Shown piece after piece: positions 12,715 to 31,001 of a DNA stretch of 64,000 nucleotides. The stretch is from assembly GCF_055900595.2 (NCBI RefSeq), contig NZ_CM148325.1; one strand, written 5' to 3'. How positions within the stretch are numbered: position 1 is the first letter of the stretch; every line of letters begins with the position of its first letter. The notes below the pieces were generated by a model that saw only the letters and a program-made list of their open reading frames with translations, was not told the origin of the DNA and did no database searches. The translations under genes and the position numbers were made by a program.

Positions 12715-13206
12715 TCAACGCATTATTTTATCGCCGCGCGAAAGTCCAACTACACCAGAGCGAGCAACTTCCACAATTTTCGCCACATCGCGAATCGATG
12801 CTAAAAATGCATCAAGCTTATCGCTGGTGCCTGCCAGTTGGACGGTGTAAAGCGATGGCGTGACATCGATGATTTGCCCACGAAATATTTCCGTATTGCG
12901 CTTCACTTCGTCACGTCCGTAGCCGCTGGCCTGAATTTTCACCAGCATAATTTCCCGCTCGACGTGCGCCCCCTGCCCCAGCTCGCTCACGCGCAAGACA
13001 TCGACCAGTTTGTGTAATTGCTTTTCGATCTGCTCAAGCACTTTTTCATCGCCCACGGTCTGGATGGTCATACGCGATAATGTCGGATCGTCGGTGGGCG
13101 CAACGGTCAGGCTTTCAATGTTGTACCCACGTTGGGAAAAAAGGCCAATCACGCGGGATAACGCGCCTGATTCATTTTCGAGTAAGACTGATAATATCCG
13201 GCGCAT
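12715..13206 (-). CDS. ilvH: IlvH, acetolactate synthase III small (regulatory) subunit
   Basis: ORF-track frame is N-extended by 10 codons; start [19 protein letters not shown] gives 163 aa. ACT-domain protein immediately after ilvI. Confidence 0.94.
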   Translation of the reverse strand: MRRILSVLLENESGALSRVIGLFSQRGYNIESLTVAPTDDPTLSRMTIQTVGDEKVLEQIEKQLHKLVDVLRVSELGQGAHVEREIMLVKIQASGYGRDEVKRNTEIFRGQIIDVTPSLYTVQLAGTSDKLDAFLASIRDVAKIVEVARSGVVGLSRGDKIMR

Positions 13207-13208
13207 AA

Positions 13209-14933
13209 TCAGGTTCTCTCCGTTTTGCTTAACCACATTTCATCCATTCCGCCCCCGCGAATCTGCATCGGGTAGACGTGCTCACTGCCATCGACGGTAA
13301 CATCAACAAAGACCAGACGATTATTGCGCACCTGTTCCAGCGCCTCGCTAAGTTTGCTTTCCAGCTCTTGCGGATGAGAAATCTGGATCCCAACATGCCC
13401 ATAGGCTTCCGCCAGACGGACGAAATCGGGTAGCGATTGCATATAAGATTGTGAATGACGGCCGGAATAGATCATGTCCTGCCACTGCTTCACCATCCCC
13501 AGATAGCGATTATTGAGATTCACCACCAATACCGGCAACTCGTATTGCAAGGCGGTTGACAGTTCCTGAATGTTCATCTGAATACTGCCGTCACCAGTGA
13601 CGCAAACCACGGTTTCTTCTGGCAGCGCCATTTTGACACCCAGTGCCGCAGGTAAACCAAACCCCATCGTGCCGAGGCCACCAGAGTTAATCCAGCGACG
13701 CGGTTTGTCGAAAGGATAATAAAGTGCGGCGAACATCTGGTGCTGCCCGACATCAGACGTCACGTAAGCGTCCCCCTTCGTCAGCCGCCAAAGAGTCTCG
13801 ATAACCGCCTGCGGTTTAATCTTTTCACTGTGAATATCGTATTTCAGGCACTGACGAGCACGCCACAGTTCAATCTGCTGCCACCAATCGCGGATCTCAT
13901 CCAGCGGTTGATGGGCGGATTCTTGCGACAGGAGTTCAAGCATTTGTTCGAGGACCTGGCGGGCATCTCCAACAATCGGGATATCAGCAGTCACAGTTTT
14001 AGAAATGGAAGTAGGATCAATATCGATATGCAGAACCGTGGCATTTGGGCAGTACTTCGCAAGATTGTTCGTCGTTCGGTCATCAAAACGTACCCCGACG
14101 GCAAAAATCACATCCGCGTTATGCATCGTCATATTGGCTTCGTAGGTGCCGTGCATTCCCAGCATGCCCAGTGCCTGACGATGCGTTGCCGGAAACGCCC
14201 CCAGCCCCATTAATGAGGAAACAACGGGCAGATTCAACGCCTCCACCGTGTCTTTCAACTGCTGATGGCAGCCCGCCGTGATTGCCCCACCGCCTACATA
14301 CACAACCGGTTTTTTTGCCGCCACCAGCGTTTGCAGAGCGCGCTTAATTTGCCCTTTATGTCCGGAGGTCGTGGGATTGTAAGATCGCATACTGACCGAC
14401 TCCGGCCAGACGTAGGGTAATTTGTTCGCAGGATTAAGAATATCTTTCGGTAAATCAACGACCACTGGTCCAGGGCGACCACTTGCCGCCAGCCAAAAAG
14501 CCTTTTTCAGCACCTGCGGAATGTCTTCCGTTTGCTTAACCAGAAAACTGTGCTTCACCACTGGGCGGGAAATTCCCACCATGTCGCACTCCTGAAAGGC
14601 ATCATAACCTATCAACGAGGTCGCTACCTGCCCGGAAAGGACAACTAATGGAATGGAATCCATATAAGCGGTGGCAATGCCAGTAATCGCATTGGTCGCC
14701 CCTGGCCCCGATGTTACCAGCACGACGCCGACTTCCCCGGTCGCGCGTGCCAGACCATCGGCCATATGCACCGCCGCCTGCTCATGACGAACTAATACAT
14801 GATCGATACCACCCACGGTATGCAATGCATCGTAAATATCAAGGACCGCGCCTCCGGGATAACCGAATACTTGTTTAACGCCCTGATCGATAAGCGATCG
14901 GACGACCATCTCGGCTCCAGACAACATCTCCAT
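13209..14933 (-). CDS. ilvI: IlvI, acetolactate synthase III large subunit
   Basis: ORF-track frame N-extended by 4 codons; start [19 protein letters not shown] gives 574 aa. ThDP-enzyme motifs present. Confidence 0.95.
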   Translation of the reverse strand: MEMLSGAEMVVRSLIDQGVKQVFGYPGGAVLDIYDALHTVGGIDHVLVRHEQAAVHMADGLARATGEVGVVLVTSGPGATNAITGIATAYMDSIPLVVLSGQVATSLIGYDAFQECDMVGISRPVVKHSFLVKQTEDIPQVLKKAFWLAASGRPGPVVVDLPKDILNPANKLPYVWPESVSMRSYNPTTSGHKGQIKRALQTLVAAKKPVVYVGGGAITAGCHQQLKDTVEALNLPVVSSLMGLGAFPATHRQALGMLGMHGTYEANMTMHNADVIFAVGVRFDDRTTNNLAKYCPNATVLHIDIDPTSISKTVTADIPIVGDARQVLEQMLELLSQESAHQPLDEIRDWWQQIELWRARQCLKYDIHSEKIKPQAVIETLWRLTKGDAYVTSDVGQHQMFAALYYPFDKPRRWINSGGLGTMGFGLPAALGVKMALPEETVVCVTGDGSIQMNIQELSTALQYELPVLVVNLNNRYLGMVKQWQDMIYSGRHSQSYMQSLPDFVRLAEAYGHVGIQISHPQELESKLSEALEQVRNNRLVFVDVTVDGSEHVYPMQIRGGGMDEMWLSKTERT

Positions 14934-15249
14934 GGCCTGCCTCACTGTTTAACGGAAAAATGTGTAAAACACATTAACCGCCCGATCTTGCTTAAGCAAT
15001 TGGTAGCCAGAGACATAAATACGAGGTAATAAGAATAAACAGGAGGAAAGGTGAAAAGAAACGATAAAATCCTCCATTACGGAGGATTAAATTGATAATA
15101 AATCGGCTAAATCCCACAACTTACAGCAATTTCTCTATTTTTTTAATTAATCCTAAAATAGTGAACTCACACATTCAGAATAAAATTCTATATTCAATAA
15201 AAAATACAGAATAAATCAGTAATCAATATCTGACCTATTCTGCATTCAG
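14934..15249 (-). promoter_or_regulatory. ilvIH promoter and upstream AT-rich control region
   Basis: About 300 bp of very AT-rich DNA between ilvI and the leuO 3' end. From established knowledge this region carries multiple Lrp sites in E. coli; individual sites were not mapped. Confidence 0.55.
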
Positions 15250-16194
15250 TTAGCGTTTGCAAATTGAGACTAATTGCTCTTCCATCCACTGATGGCCTTT
15301 GTCGCGCCCGGCAGCTTCATGCCAGGAGAGATAACAGGTTCTGCTATTTTGTTTTAATGGCAGCGGTAATACCTGTAACTCTAAAGATTCAGCGAACTCT
15401 TCAGCCAGCCAACGCGGCGCAATAGCGACCAGATGCGTTTGCGACACCACGCTCAGTACACTCATCATTGCCATGCCCTGATACGCGATACTGGCTTGTT
15501 TATCTACCGTGTCATACCACGGTTGACTAAATGACGCGAAACGATCGAGCGAAACTGCCGCATGTTGTTCGTTATAAACATCATGTTTCAGTAACGGGCC
15601 TTTAATTGTTGGATGATTTTTGCTGGCTACCAGCACCATTTCATCTTTAAATAATGGCACACTGGTAAATTCAGGACGATGGAAGTCTTCATAACTAATC
15701 ACAAACTCCGTTTCCTGATAACGCAGTTGATGTTCAGTGTTCTGATTTAATGAAGACTTGAACATAACATGTATATTTGGCGCAGTTTGCTCAATGTGAT
15801 TATAAATCTGCGAGGTCAGAATGCTGTCTAACGGACTGCAAACACAAAGATGAAATACACGTTCACTGCTCGCGGGTTCAAAACCTGAACCTGGCAATTC
15901 ATTTTGTACTAATTGCAATGCCTGACGAACTGAACCAAAAAGTTGAAATGCGCGAGCAGTCGGTTGAATGCCACGGCCATAACGAACAAAAAGCTCGTCA
16001 TTAAACATCACCTTCAGGCGTGCAACCGCGTTACTGACCGCAGGTTGCGACATCCCCAGAACATGAGCGGCACGGGTGATGTTTTGCTCCTGCATCACGG
16101 CATCGAAAACGGTTAATAAGTTGAGATCGACCATGCGTAGTTGTGGCTTGCTTAACTCCGCCGTCTCTGGTTGCTCTGTTTGTACCTCTGGCAT
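15250..16194 (-). CDS. leuO: LeuO, LysR-family transcriptional regulator
   Basis: ORF-track frame N-extended by 28 codons; start [30 protein letters not shown] gives 314 aa. LysR HTH and substrate-binding domain. Confidence 0.94.
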   Translation of the reverse strand: MPEVQTEQPETAELSKPQLRMVDLNLLTVFDAVMQEQNITRAAHVLGMSQPAVSNAVARLKVMFNDELFVRYGRGIQPTARAFQLFGSVRQALQLVQNELPGSGFEPASSERVFHLCVCSPLDSILTSQIYNHIEQTAPNIHVMFKSSLNQNTEHQLRYQETEFVISYEDFHRPEFTSVPLFKDEMVLVASKNHPTIKGPLLKHDVYNEQHAAVSLDRFASFSQPWYDTVDKQASIAYQGMAMMSVLSVVSQTHLVAIAPRWLAEEFAESLELQVLPLPLKQNSRTCYLSWHEAAGRDKGHQWMEEQLVSICKR

Positions 16195-16789
16195 ACTTAA
16201 CTCCACTGTCACACTTAACTCCCTTTCCCTTATTGGAATGCAGAGAAATAATCCTCGAGAATATGATTTATCATGCATATAAAATAAGAAAAAGGAAAAT
16301 GAGAAAAATTAGGAAAACATAAAGATACGGGTTCTTATAAAAACAGAACCCATTGCCGAGTAAAGAGTCATTTACCGCAGCATAATAATCCATAATGTTT
16401 TTGTTGCGAAAACAATCTAATCATAACTACCGCGAATACTCAATCATCCACAAAATGGATTAAATGTGCTTTTTTAATAATTAATTTATATGTTTAATGC
16501 ATTAATTCTTAACATTAATCGAACAATAATATTCACCAAATGAATATCAAAAAATTAGCAAAACATATAATTCAATACAAATCATCAAGATAGGTTTTGT
16601 AACGCGTGCATTTTATCCCCCTTTTCCTCGTTGATTAGATGCAAAAATTTATTCTGAAATATGTCAACCGATGAAAAGCGTCGGTGGTTAAGCAGAAATT
16701 AATATCGCTTGTTTTAACCACCGCAGCACAATTAGCTAATTTGACGAATGCAGAACTCACTCTGGCGGAACGTTTTTGTTGCGTCAGGG

Positions 16790-16825
16790 TTGACATCCGT
16801 TTTTGTATCCAGTAACTCTAAAAGC
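16790..16825 (+). promoter_or_regulatory. leu operon promoter
   Basis: TTGACA at 16790-16795, 17-nt spacer, TAACTC at 16813-16818, about 35 nt upstream of the leuL start codon. Confidence 0.6.
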
Positions 16826-16852
16826 ATATCGTATTCATCTGGAGCTGATTTA

Positions 16853-16939
16853 ATGACTCACATCGTTCGCTTTATCGGTCTACTACTACTAAACGCATCT
16901 TCTTTGCGCGGTAGACGAGTGAGCGGCATTCAGCATTAA
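16853..16939 (+). CDS. leuL: LeuL, leu operon leader peptide
   Basis: 28-codon [31 protein letters not shown] with four consecutive CTA Leu codons, followed directly by the attenuator hairpin. Confidence 0.93.
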
Positions 16940-16961
16940 GCCAGCACGCAGTCAAACAAAA

Positions 16962-16989
16962 AACCCGCGCCATTGCGCGGGTTTTTTTA
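16962..16989 (+). terminator. leu attenuator (intrinsic terminator)
   Basis: AAAACCCGCGCCATTGCGCGGGTTTTTTT: GC-rich stem plus T-run between leuL and leuA. Confidence 0.92.
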
Positions 16990-17031
16990 TGCCCGAAGCG
17001 AGGCGCTCAAAAAGAGACAAGGACCCAAACC

Positions 17032-19694
<2,663 letters not shown>

Positions 19695-19696
19695 TC

Positions 19697-21713
<2,017 letters not shown>

Positions 21714-21744
21714 TTTGTAAACCGTCCGGCACTCAATCGCCAAA

Positions 21745-21973
21745 AAGAAAAAAGCCAGCAGATAATCACTGCTGGCGTGGCGATTAACACCAATACTCAG
21801 TCACACATGATGTCCGCAAATCAGTAGTCAGAATGACTCCCCTCCCACTGCATCAGCTCTTCAAGCATGGTTAATCGTTGTGGGACGCTTAACCAACGCA
21901 ACCAGCACAACGTCGCTGTCGCGGTAAAATAGTGCTGATAAAACTGACGCATGGGGCACCTCCTTGCTTCATC
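21745..21973 (-). ncRNA. sgrS: SgrS small RNA (sugar-phosphate stress)
   Basis: Minus strand reads GATGAAGCAAGGAGGTGCCCCATGCGTCAG... at the 5' end, contains the conserved seed CATGTGTGACTGAGTATTGGTG (plus-strand 21788-21809), and ends in hairpin GCCAGCAG-TGATTATC-TGCTGGC plus U-run. Divergent from sgrR. Confidence 0.88.
21821..21952 (-). CDS. sgrT: SgrT, small protein encoded within SgrS
   Basis: 43-codon ORF MRQFYQHYFTATATLCWLRWLSVPQRLTMLEELMQWEGSHSDY inside the SgrS transcript, with a GGAGG Shine-Dalgarno upstream. Confidence 0.8.
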   Translation of the reverse strand: MRQFYQHYFTATATLCWLRWLSVPQRLTMLEELMQWEGSHSDY

Positions 21974-22040
21974 GTTAGGAATTATTGACTTAATATAGGG
22001 AAAATAAAATTGCTGACTTTTGCGCAGGAGTTCCCCTTTT

Positions 22041-23696
22041 ATGCCATCCGCTCGTCTGCAACAACAGTTCATCCGCCTGTGGCAATGCTGCGAGGGTAAA
22101 TCGCAGGACACAACGCTCAACGAACTAGCGGAGTTATTGAGCTGCTCCCGTCGTCATATGCGCACCCTGCTCAATACCATGCAGGATCGCGGCTGGCTGA
22201 CGTGGGAAGCGGAGGTCGGGCGCGGTAAACGCTCACGTTTAACATTCCTCTATACCGGGCTGGCGCTTCAGCAACAGCGAGCAGAGGACCTGCTGGAGCA
22301 GGATCGTATCGATCAGTTGGTGCAACTGGTTGGCGACAAAGCGGCTGTGCGGCAAATGCTGGTTTCTCATCTGGGGCGTACCTTCCGCCAGGGGCGGCAC
22401 ATCCTGCGCGTTCTCTACTATCGTCCGTTGCGCAATCTGCTGCCCGGCAGTGCATTGCGCCGTTCCGAAACCCATATCGCCCGGCAAATCTTCAGTTCGC
22501 TAACGCGCATAAATGAGGAAAATGGGGAACTGGAAGCAGACATCGCCCACCACTGGCAGCAAATATCACCGCTTCACTGGCGCTTCTTTTTGCGTCCAGG
22601 AGTCCATTTTCATCATGGTCGTGAACTGGAAATGGACGACGTGATCGCCTCTTTAAAACGAATCAATACGCTGCCGCTCTATTCGCATATTGCGGACATT
22701 GTGTCGCCGACGCCCTGGACGCTGGATATCCATCTCACGCAACCGGACCGCTGGTTACCGTTACTGCTGGGGCAAGTTCCGGCGATGATCCTGCCACGAG
22801 AATGGGAAACCCTCAGTAACTTTGCCAGCCATCCCATCGGCACCGGTCCGTATGCGGTGATCCGCAACAGCACCAATCAACTGAAAATTCAGGCATTCGA
22901 TGACTTCTTCGGTTATCGCGCATTAATCGACGAAGTAAATGTCTGGGTTCTGCCAGAAATTGCCGACGAGCCAGCCGGCGGTCTGATGCTAAAAGGGCCG
23001 CAGGGCGAGGAAAAAGAGATTGAAAGTCGGCTGGAGGAAGGTTGCTACTATTTACTGTTCGACAGCCGCACCCATCGTGGGGCGAATCAGCAAGTCAGGG
23101 ACTGGGTAAGTTATGTGCTTTCTCCAACTAATCTGGTCTATTTCGCCGAGGAACAATACCAGCAACTCTGGTTTCCAGCCTACGGGCTGTTGCCGCGCTG
23201 GCATCATGCCCACCCGGCGCAGTGCGAAAAACCTGCCGGGCTGGAAAGCCTCACCCTGACCTTTTATCAGGATCATATTGAGCATCGGGTGATTGCCAGG
23301 ATCATGCAGCAGATTCTGGCAAGTCATCAGGTCACACTTGAAATTAAAGAGATCAGCTACGATCAGTGGCACGAAGGAGAGATCGAGAGCGATATCTGGC
23401 TTAACAGCGCCAACTTTACGCTGCCGCTGGATTTTTCGCTGTTCGCGCACTTGTGCGAGGTGCCGCTGCTCCAACACTGTATTCCGATCGACTGGCAAGC
23501 CGACGCCGCCCGCTGGCGCAATGGCGAAATGAATCTGGCGAACTGGTGCCAGCAACTGGTCGCCAGTAAAGCAATGGTGCCACTTATCCACCACTGGCTG
23601 ATCATTCAGGGGCAACGCAGTATGCGCGGTCTGCGTATGAACACCCTCGGCTGGTTCGATTTTAAATCCGCGTGGTTTGCACCACCGGATCCATGA
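22041..23696 (+). CDS. sgrR: SgrR, transcriptional activator of sgrS
   Basis: ORF-track frame N-extended by 7 codons; ATG at 22041 gives [43 protein letters not shown]..., 551 aa. N-terminal HTH plus solute-binding-protein-like domain. Confidence 0.94.
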   Translation: MPSARLQQQFIRLWQCCEGKSQDTTLNELAELLSCSRRHMRTLLNTMQDRGWLTWEAEVGRGKRSRLTFLYTGLALQQQRAEDLLEQDRIDQLVQLVGDKAAVRQMLVSHLGRTFRQGRHILRVLYYRPLRNLLPGSALRRSETHIARQIFSSLTRINEENGELEADIAHHWQQISPLHWRFFLRPGVHFHHGRELEMDDVIASLKRINTLPLYSHIADIVSPTPWTLDIHLTQPDRWLPLLLGQVPAMILPREWETLSNFASHPIGTGPYAVIRNSTNQLKIQAFDDFFGYRALIDEVNVWVLPEIADEPAGGLMLKGPQGEEKEIESRLEEGCYYLLFDSRTHRGANQQVRDWVSYVLSPTNLVYFAEEQYQQLWFPAYGLLPRWHHAHPAQCEKPAGLESLTLTFYQDHIEHRVIARIMQQILASHQVTLEIKEISYDQWHEGEIESDIWLNSANFTLPLDFSLFAHLCEVPLLQHCIPIDWQADAARWRNGEMNLANWCQQLVASKAMVPLIHHWLIIQGQRSMRGLRMNTLGWFDFKSAWFAPPDP

Positions 23697-23724
23697 TTGC
23701 TGGTTGATAACAAAATCACTACAC

Positions 23725-23835
23725 TAACGCCGTTCTCAACGGGGTGCCACGCTGCCGCGTGCGCTGAGAAAATACCCGTCGAACCTGATCCGGATAACGC
23801 CGGCGAAGGGATTTGAGGCTCCTTCTCAAGTCCTT
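23725..23835 (+). ncRNA. TPP (THI-box) riboswitch in the thiBPQ leader
   Basis: Conserved THI-element blocks AACGGGGTGCC ... CTGAGA ... ACCC ... AACCTGATCCGGATAACGCCGGCGAAGGGA directly upstream of thiB. Confidence 0.85.
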
Positions 23836-23859
23836 TGCCACTCTTCTTTGAGGTGCAAA

Positions 23860-24843
23860 GTGTTAAAAAAATATCTTCCCCTGCTGTTGCTCTGTACAGC
23901 ACCCGCTTTCGCTAAACCCGTTCTGACTGTTTATACCTACGATTCCTTCGCCGCCGACTGGGGGCCAGGTCCGGTGGTGAAAAAAGCCTTTGAAGCCGAC
24001 TGTAATTGCGAACTGAAACTGGTGGCGCTGGAAGATGGCGTTTCGCTTCTCAACCGTCTGCGGATGGAAGGCAAAAACAGTAAAGCCGATGTGGTGCTGG
24101 GGCTGGATAACAATCTGTTAGATGCCGCCAGCAAAACCGGGCTGTTTGCTAAAAGCGGTGTGGCAGCGGATGCCGTTAACGTTCCCGGCGGCTGGAATAA
24201 TGACACTTTCGTCCCGTTTGATTACGGCTATTTCGCCTTCGTCTATGACAAGAACAAACTGAAAAATCCGCCGCAAAGCCTGAAAGAATTGGTTGAAAGC
24301 GATCAAAACTGGCGGGTGATTTATCAGGATCCGCGTACCAGTACGCCGGGCCTGGGCCTGTTGTTGTGGATGCAAAAAGTCTATGGCGATGACGCCCCAC
24401 AAGCCTGGCAGAAGCTGGCGAAGAAAACGGTCACGGTCACCAAAGGCTGGAGCGAAGCCTACGGCCTGTTTTTAAAAGGCGAAAGCGATCTGGTACTGAG
24501 TTACACCACCTCTCCGGCTTATCACATTCTCGAAGAGAAGAAAGATAACTACGCCGCCGCGAACTTCAGCGAAGGTCACTATTTGCAAGTGGAAGTCGCC
24601 GCCCGCACCGCTGCCAGCAAACAGCCGGAGCTGGCGCAAAAATTCCTCCAGTTTATGGTTTCTCCGGCTTTTCAGAATGCGATCCCAACCGGCAACTGGA
24701 TGTATCCGGTGGCAAACGTCACGCTGCCTGCCGGTTTTGAAAAATTGACCAAACCGGCAACCACGCTGGAGTTCACGCCAGCCGAGGTGGCGGCACAACG
24801 TCAGGCATGGATTAGCGAATGGCAACGCGCCGTCAGCCGTTAA
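23860..24843 (+). CDS. thiB: ThiB (TbpA), thiamine/TPP periplasmic binding protein
   Basis: ORF track starts at an upstream TTG; GTG at 23860 preceded by GAGG gives MLKKYLPLLLLCTAPAFAKPVLTVYTYDSF... with a signal peptide, 327 aa. Confidence 0.92.
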   Translation: MLKKYLPLLLLCTAPAFAKPVLTVYTYDSFAADWGPGPVVKKAFEADCNCELKLVALEDGVSLLNRLRMEGKNSKADVVLGLDNNLLDAASKTGLFAKSGVAADAVNVPGGWNNDTFVPFDYGYFAFVYDKNKLKNPPQSLKELVESDQNWRVIYQDPRTSTPGLGLLLWMQKVYGDDAPQAWQKLAKKTVTVTKGWSEAYGLFLKGESDLVLSYTTSPAYHILEEKKDNYAAANFSEGHYLQVEVAARTAASKQPELAQKFLQFMVSPAFQNAIPTGNWMYPVANVTLPAGFEKLTKPATTLEFTPAEVAAQRQAWISEWQRAVSR

Positions 24844-26429
24844 TTCCCGGCTGGTTAATTCCAGGCGTAAGCGCCGCTACGCTTGTGGTGGCGGTTGCAC
24901 TGGCGGCATTTCTCGCCCTGTGGTGGAACGCGCCGCAGGGTGACTGGATGGCAATCTGGCAGGACAGCTACCTGTGGCATGTGGTGCGCTTCTCCTTCTG
25001 GCAGGCGTTTCTCTCGGCGCTGCTCTCTGTCGTACCCGCGATATTCCTCGCCCGCGCGCTCTATCGCAGGCGCTTTCCGGGTCGGCTGGTGCTGTTGCGT
25101 CTGTGCGCAATGACCTTGATCCTCCCGGTGCTGGTTGCTGTTTTCGGCATTCTTAGCGTCTATGGTCGCCAGGGCTGGCTGGCATCACTCTGCCAATCGC
25201 TCGGTCTGGAGTGGACCTTTTCGCCCTACGGCCTGCAAGGCATTTTGCTGGCGCACGTATTTTTTAATCTGCCGATGGCGAGCCGCTTATTGCTCCAGGC
25301 ACTGGAAAACATTCCCGGCGAACAGCGTCAGCTTGCTGCCCAGCTTGGCATGCGCGGCTGGCATTTTTTCCGCTTCGTTGAATGGCCGTGGTTACGGCGC
25401 CAAATCCCGCCGGTTGCTGCGCTGATCTTTATGCTCTGTTTCGCCAGCTTCGCCACCGTGCTGTCGCTGGGCGGTGGTCCGCAGGCGACCACTATCGAGC
25501 TGGCAATCTATCAAGCGCTGAGTTACGACTACGATCCCGCCCGCGCGGCGATGCTGGCGCTGATCCAGATGGTTTGTTGCCTTGGGCTGGTGCTGTTGAG
25601 TCAGCGACTAAGTAAGGCCATTGCGCCCGGCACCACGCTGCTGCAAGGCTGGCGCGACCCGGACGATCGTCTGCATAGCCGCATTTGCGACACGGTGTTA
25701 ATTGTGCTGGCGCTGTTGCTGTTGCTGCCACCGTTACTGGCGGTGCTCGTCGATGGGATAAATCGCCAGTTGCCGGAAGTGCTGGCGCAGCCGGTGCTGT
25801 GGCAGGCGCTGTGGACCTCGTTGCGTATTGCGCTGGCGGCAGGCGTATTGTGCGTGGTGCTGACCATGATGCTGCTATGGAGCAGTCGCGAACTGCGGGC
25901 ACGGCAAAAAATGCTGGCGGGCCAGGCGCTGGAGATGAGCGGCATGTTGATCCTCGCTATGCCGGGGATTGTGCTGGCAACGGGCTTCTTTTTACTGCTC
26001 AACAACACCATCGGCCTGCCACAATCTGCTGACGGCATCGTGATTTTCACCAATGCGTTAATGGCCATCCCTTATGCGCTGAAAGTGCTGGAAAACCCGA
26101 TGCGCGATATCACTGCCCGCTATAGCATGCTTTGTCAGTCGCTGGGCATTGAAGGCTGGTCGCGCTTAAAAGTGGTGGAGCTGCGCGCCCTGAAACGTCC
26201 GCTGGCGCAGGCGCTGGCCTTTGCCTGTGTACTGTCGATTGGTGATTTTGGCGTGGTGGCGTTGTTCGGTAACGATGATTTCCGAACCCTACCGTTTTAT
26301 CTCTACCAGCAAATTGGCTCCTATCGCAGCCAGGACGGCGCGGTCACCGCGTTAATTCTGCTGCTGCTCTGTTTTCTGCTGTTTACCGTGATTGAAAAAC
26401 TACCGGGGCGAAATGTTAAAACTGACTGA
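24819..26429 (+). CDS. thiP: ThiP, thiamine ABC transporter permease
   Basis: 536 aa polytopic membrane [34 protein letters not shown]...; overlaps the thiB 3' end. Confidence 0.94.
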   Translation: MATRRQPLIPGWLIPGVSAATLVVAVALAAFLALWWNAPQGDWMAIWQDSYLWHVVRFSFWQAFLSALLSVVPAIFLARALYRRRFPGRLVLLRLCAMTLILPVLVAVFGILSVYGRQGWLASLCQSLGLEWTFSPYGLQGILLAHVFFNLPMASRLLLQALENIPGEQRQLAAQLGMRGWHFFRFVEWPWLRRQIPPVAALIFMLCFASFATVLSLGGGPQATTIELAIYQALSYDYDPARAAMLALIQMVCCLGLVLLSQRLSKAIAPGTTLLQGWRDPDDRLHSRICDTVLIVLALLLLLPPLLAVLVDGINRQLPEVLAQPVLWQALWTSLRIALAAGVLCVVLTMMLLWSSRELRARQKMLAGQALEMSGMLILAMPGIVLATGFFLLLNNTIGLPQSADGIVIFTNALMAIPYALKVLENPMRDITARYSMLCQSLGIEGWSRLKVVELRALKRPLAQALAFACVLSIGDFGVVALFGNDDFRTLPFYLYQQIGSYRSQDGAVTALILLLLCFLLFTVIEKLPGRNVKTD

Positions 26430-27111
26430 TATCACCTGGCTTTATCACCATTTGCCGATGCGTTTTAGCTTAACGGTGGAACCCGGCGAGCAGGTGGCGA
26501 TCCTCGGGCCAAGCGGCGCGGGTAAAAGTACCCTGCTAAATTTGATCGCCGGTTTTCTGACGCCAGCCAGCGGTTCGCTGACTATCGAGGGTATTGATCA
26601 CACCACTACGCCGCCGTCACGCCGTCCGGTGTCGATGCTGTTTCAGGAGAACAACCTGTTCAGTCACCTGACGGTCGCGCAGAACATCGGGCTGGGGCTA
26701 AATCCGGGCTTGAAACTGAACGCGGCGCAGCAGGAGAAAATGCACGCTATTGCCCGTCAGATGGGGATTGATAATTTAATGGCGCGGTTACCGGGCGAGC
26801 TTTCCGGCGGTCAGCGACAGCGCGTGGCGTTAGCGCGTTGTCTGGTGCGCGAACAGCCGATTTTATTGCTCGATGAACCGTTCTCTGCGCTCGATCCGGC
26901 GTTACGTCAGGAGATGCTGACGCTGGTGAGCACGAGCTGCCAGCAGCAAAAAATGACGCTATTGATGGTGTCGCACAGTGTGGAAGATGCGGCGCGGATC
27001 GCCACACGCTCGGTGGTGGTCGCCGACGGGCGCATCGCCTGGCAGGGTAAGACTGAAGAATTGTTGAGCGGTAAGGCGAGTGCTTCGGCAATATTGGGGA
27101 TTACGGGTTAG
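26413..27111 (+). CDS. thiQ: ThiQ, thiamine ABC transporter ATPase
   Basis: ORF-track frame N-extended; start [20 protein letters not shown] gives 232 aa. Walker [10 protein letters not shown] and ABC signature LSGGQRQR. Confidence 0.94.
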   Translation: MLKLTDITWLYHHLPMRFSLTVEPGEQVAILGPSGAGKSTLLNLIAGFLTPASGSLTIEGIDHTTTPPSRRPVSMLFQENNLFSHLTVAQNIGLGLNPGLKLNAAQQEKMHAIARQMGIDNLMARLPGELSGGQRQRVALARCLVREQPILLLDEPFSALDPALRQEMLTLVSTSCQQQKMTLLMVSHSVEDAARIATRSVVVADGRIAWQGKTEELLSGKASASAILGITG

Positions 27112-27118
27112 TATGCAC

Positions 27119-27210
<92 letters not shown>

Positions 27211-27223
27211 CACAGACTATCCC

Positions 27224-27988
27224 CTAAACCCCAACCACTTTCCGCAAAATATCGATATATACCGGCATCAACGGGTGGCGAATTAACACCACCAGCGCCA
27301 CCACGCCGATGGCAGAAATCAACGGTGTCAACCACAACAAATGACCGCGCGACAAATAATGACTTAAACGATCAGTTACCTTGCCGCTGCGCCATAACCG
27401 CCAACACAGCCAGCCGCCAACCCACAAAAACACCGCTGTTGCCAGCAGCAACCACTTAAATTCACCGCTCTGCATCCCGGCAGGAATATCGATCGCCGCA
27501 CCCGCCAGAATCCCCGGCAGGAAGTAAAACGGAGGCCATAACAGGCAGCCGATAATATTTGGCGTAATAAATTTCGCCACCGGGAGATCCAACATTCCCG
27601 CCACCATTGGCACCAGCGGACGCGTCGGGCCGACAAAACGACCGACCAGAATGGTAAACATGCTGTGTTGATGCAACGCATGTTCAGTTTTATCGAGTAA
27701 TGCTTTGTTCTTCTTCAGAAATGACCAGCGATGCAACGGCTTTTTAAAACGCCAGCCCAGCCAGAAGGAGATCCAGTCGCCCAGCAGGCAACCGACGATC
27801 CCTGCCAGCCAGGCGTGCCAGAAACTTAACTCGCCGCTGCCAATCAGCGCCCCCAGTCCCGCCATTAGCACCGTACCGGGTAAAATCAAACCGACCAGCG
27901 CCAGCGACTCCAGAAAGGCCACCAACACCACCGCCATCAATGAATACACGGTGGATTGGGTAATAAAGTGTTCCAGCAATGCTTGCAT
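27224..27988 (-). CDS. yabI: YabI, DedA-family inner membrane protein
   Basis: 254 aa hydrophobic ORF MQALLEHFITQSTVYSLMAVVLVAFLESLALVGLILPGTV... Confidence 0.9.
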   Translation of the reverse strand: MQALLEHFITQSTVYSLMAVVLVAFLESLALVGLILPGTVLMAGLGALIGSGELSFWHAWLAGIVGCLLGDWISFWLGWRFKKPLHRWSFLKKNKALLDKTEHALHQHSMFTILVGRFVGPTRPLVPMVAGMLDLPVAKFITPNIIGCLLWPPFYFLPGILAGAAIDIPAGMQSGEFKWLLLATAVFLWVGGWLCWRLWRSGKVTDRLSHYLSRGHLLWLTPLISAIGVVALVVLIRHPLMPVYIDILRKVVGV

Positions 27989-28073
27989 AATGTGCCTGTC
28001 AAATGGACGAAGCAGGGATTCTGCAAACCCTATGCTACTCCGTCAAGCCGTCAATTATCTGATTCGTTACCAA

Positions 28074-28952
28074 TTATGACAACTTGACGGCTACATCATT
28101 CACTTTTTCTTCACAACCGGCACGGAACTCACTGGGGCTGGCCCCGGTGCATTTTTTAAATACCCGCGAGAAATAGAGTTGATCGTCAAAGCCAACATTG
28201 CGACCGACAGTGGCGATAGGCATCCGTGTGGTGCTCAAAAGCAGCTTCGCCTGGCTGATGCGTTGGTCCTCGCGCCAGCTTAAGACACTAATCCCTAACT
28301 GTTGGCGGAACAGATGTGACAGACGCGACGGCGACAGGCAGACATGCTGCGCCACGCTGGCGATATCAAAATTGCTGTCTGCCAGGTGATCGCTGATGTA
28401 CTGACAAGCCTCGCGTACCCGATTATCCATCGGTGGGTGGAGCGACTCGTTAATCGCTTCCATGCGCCGCAGTAACAATTGCTCAAGCAGATTTATCGCC
28501 AGCAATTCCGAATAGCGCCCTTCCCCTTGCCCGGCGTTAATGATTTGCCCAAACAGGTCGCTGAAATGCGGCTGGTGCGCTTCATCCGGGCGAAAGAAAC
28601 CGGTATTGGCAAATATTGACGGCCAGTTAAGCCATTCATGCCAGTAGGCGCGCGGACGAAAGTAAACCCACTGGTGATACCATTCGCGAGCCTCCGGATG
28701 ACGACCGTAGTGATGAATCTCTCCTGGCGGGAACAGCAAAATATCACCCGGTCGGCAGACAAATTCTCGTCCCTGATTTTTCACCACCCCCTGGCCGCGT
28801 ATGGTGAGATTGAGAATATAACCCTTCATTCCCAGCGGTCGGTCGATAAAAAAATCGAGATATCCGTTGGCCTCAATCGGCGTTAAACCCGCCACCAGAT
28901 GGGCGTTAAACGAGTATCCCGGCAGCAGGGGATCATTTTGCGCTTCAGCCAT
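28074..28952 (-). CDS. araC: AraC, arabinose operon regulator
   Basis: ORF-track frame N-extended by 17 codons; start [49 protein letters not shown] gives 292 aa. Confidence 0.97.
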
Positions 28953-30991
<2,039 letters not shown>

Positions 30992-31001
30992 GGACACGAC
31001 A

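Noticed and set aside
16748-16939. 63-aa ORF-track call extending leuL upstream
   Set aside because: Only the last 28 codons (from the ATG at 16853) correspond to the leader peptide with its Leu-codon run; the upstream extension runs through the promoter.
25601-26068. 155-aa minus-strand ORF, plus several 70-130 aa ORFs at 24877-25902
   Set aside because: All lie antisense or out of frame inside thiP, a well-supported 536-aa permease; Ala/Arg/Ser/Pro-rich translations typical of alternative frames in GC-rich membrane-protein genes.
28039-28095. Inverted repeat GCCGTCAA ... TTGACGGC spanning the araC stop codon
   Set aside because: Not followed by a U-tract on the araC strand and partly within coding sequence; insufficient to call a terminator.
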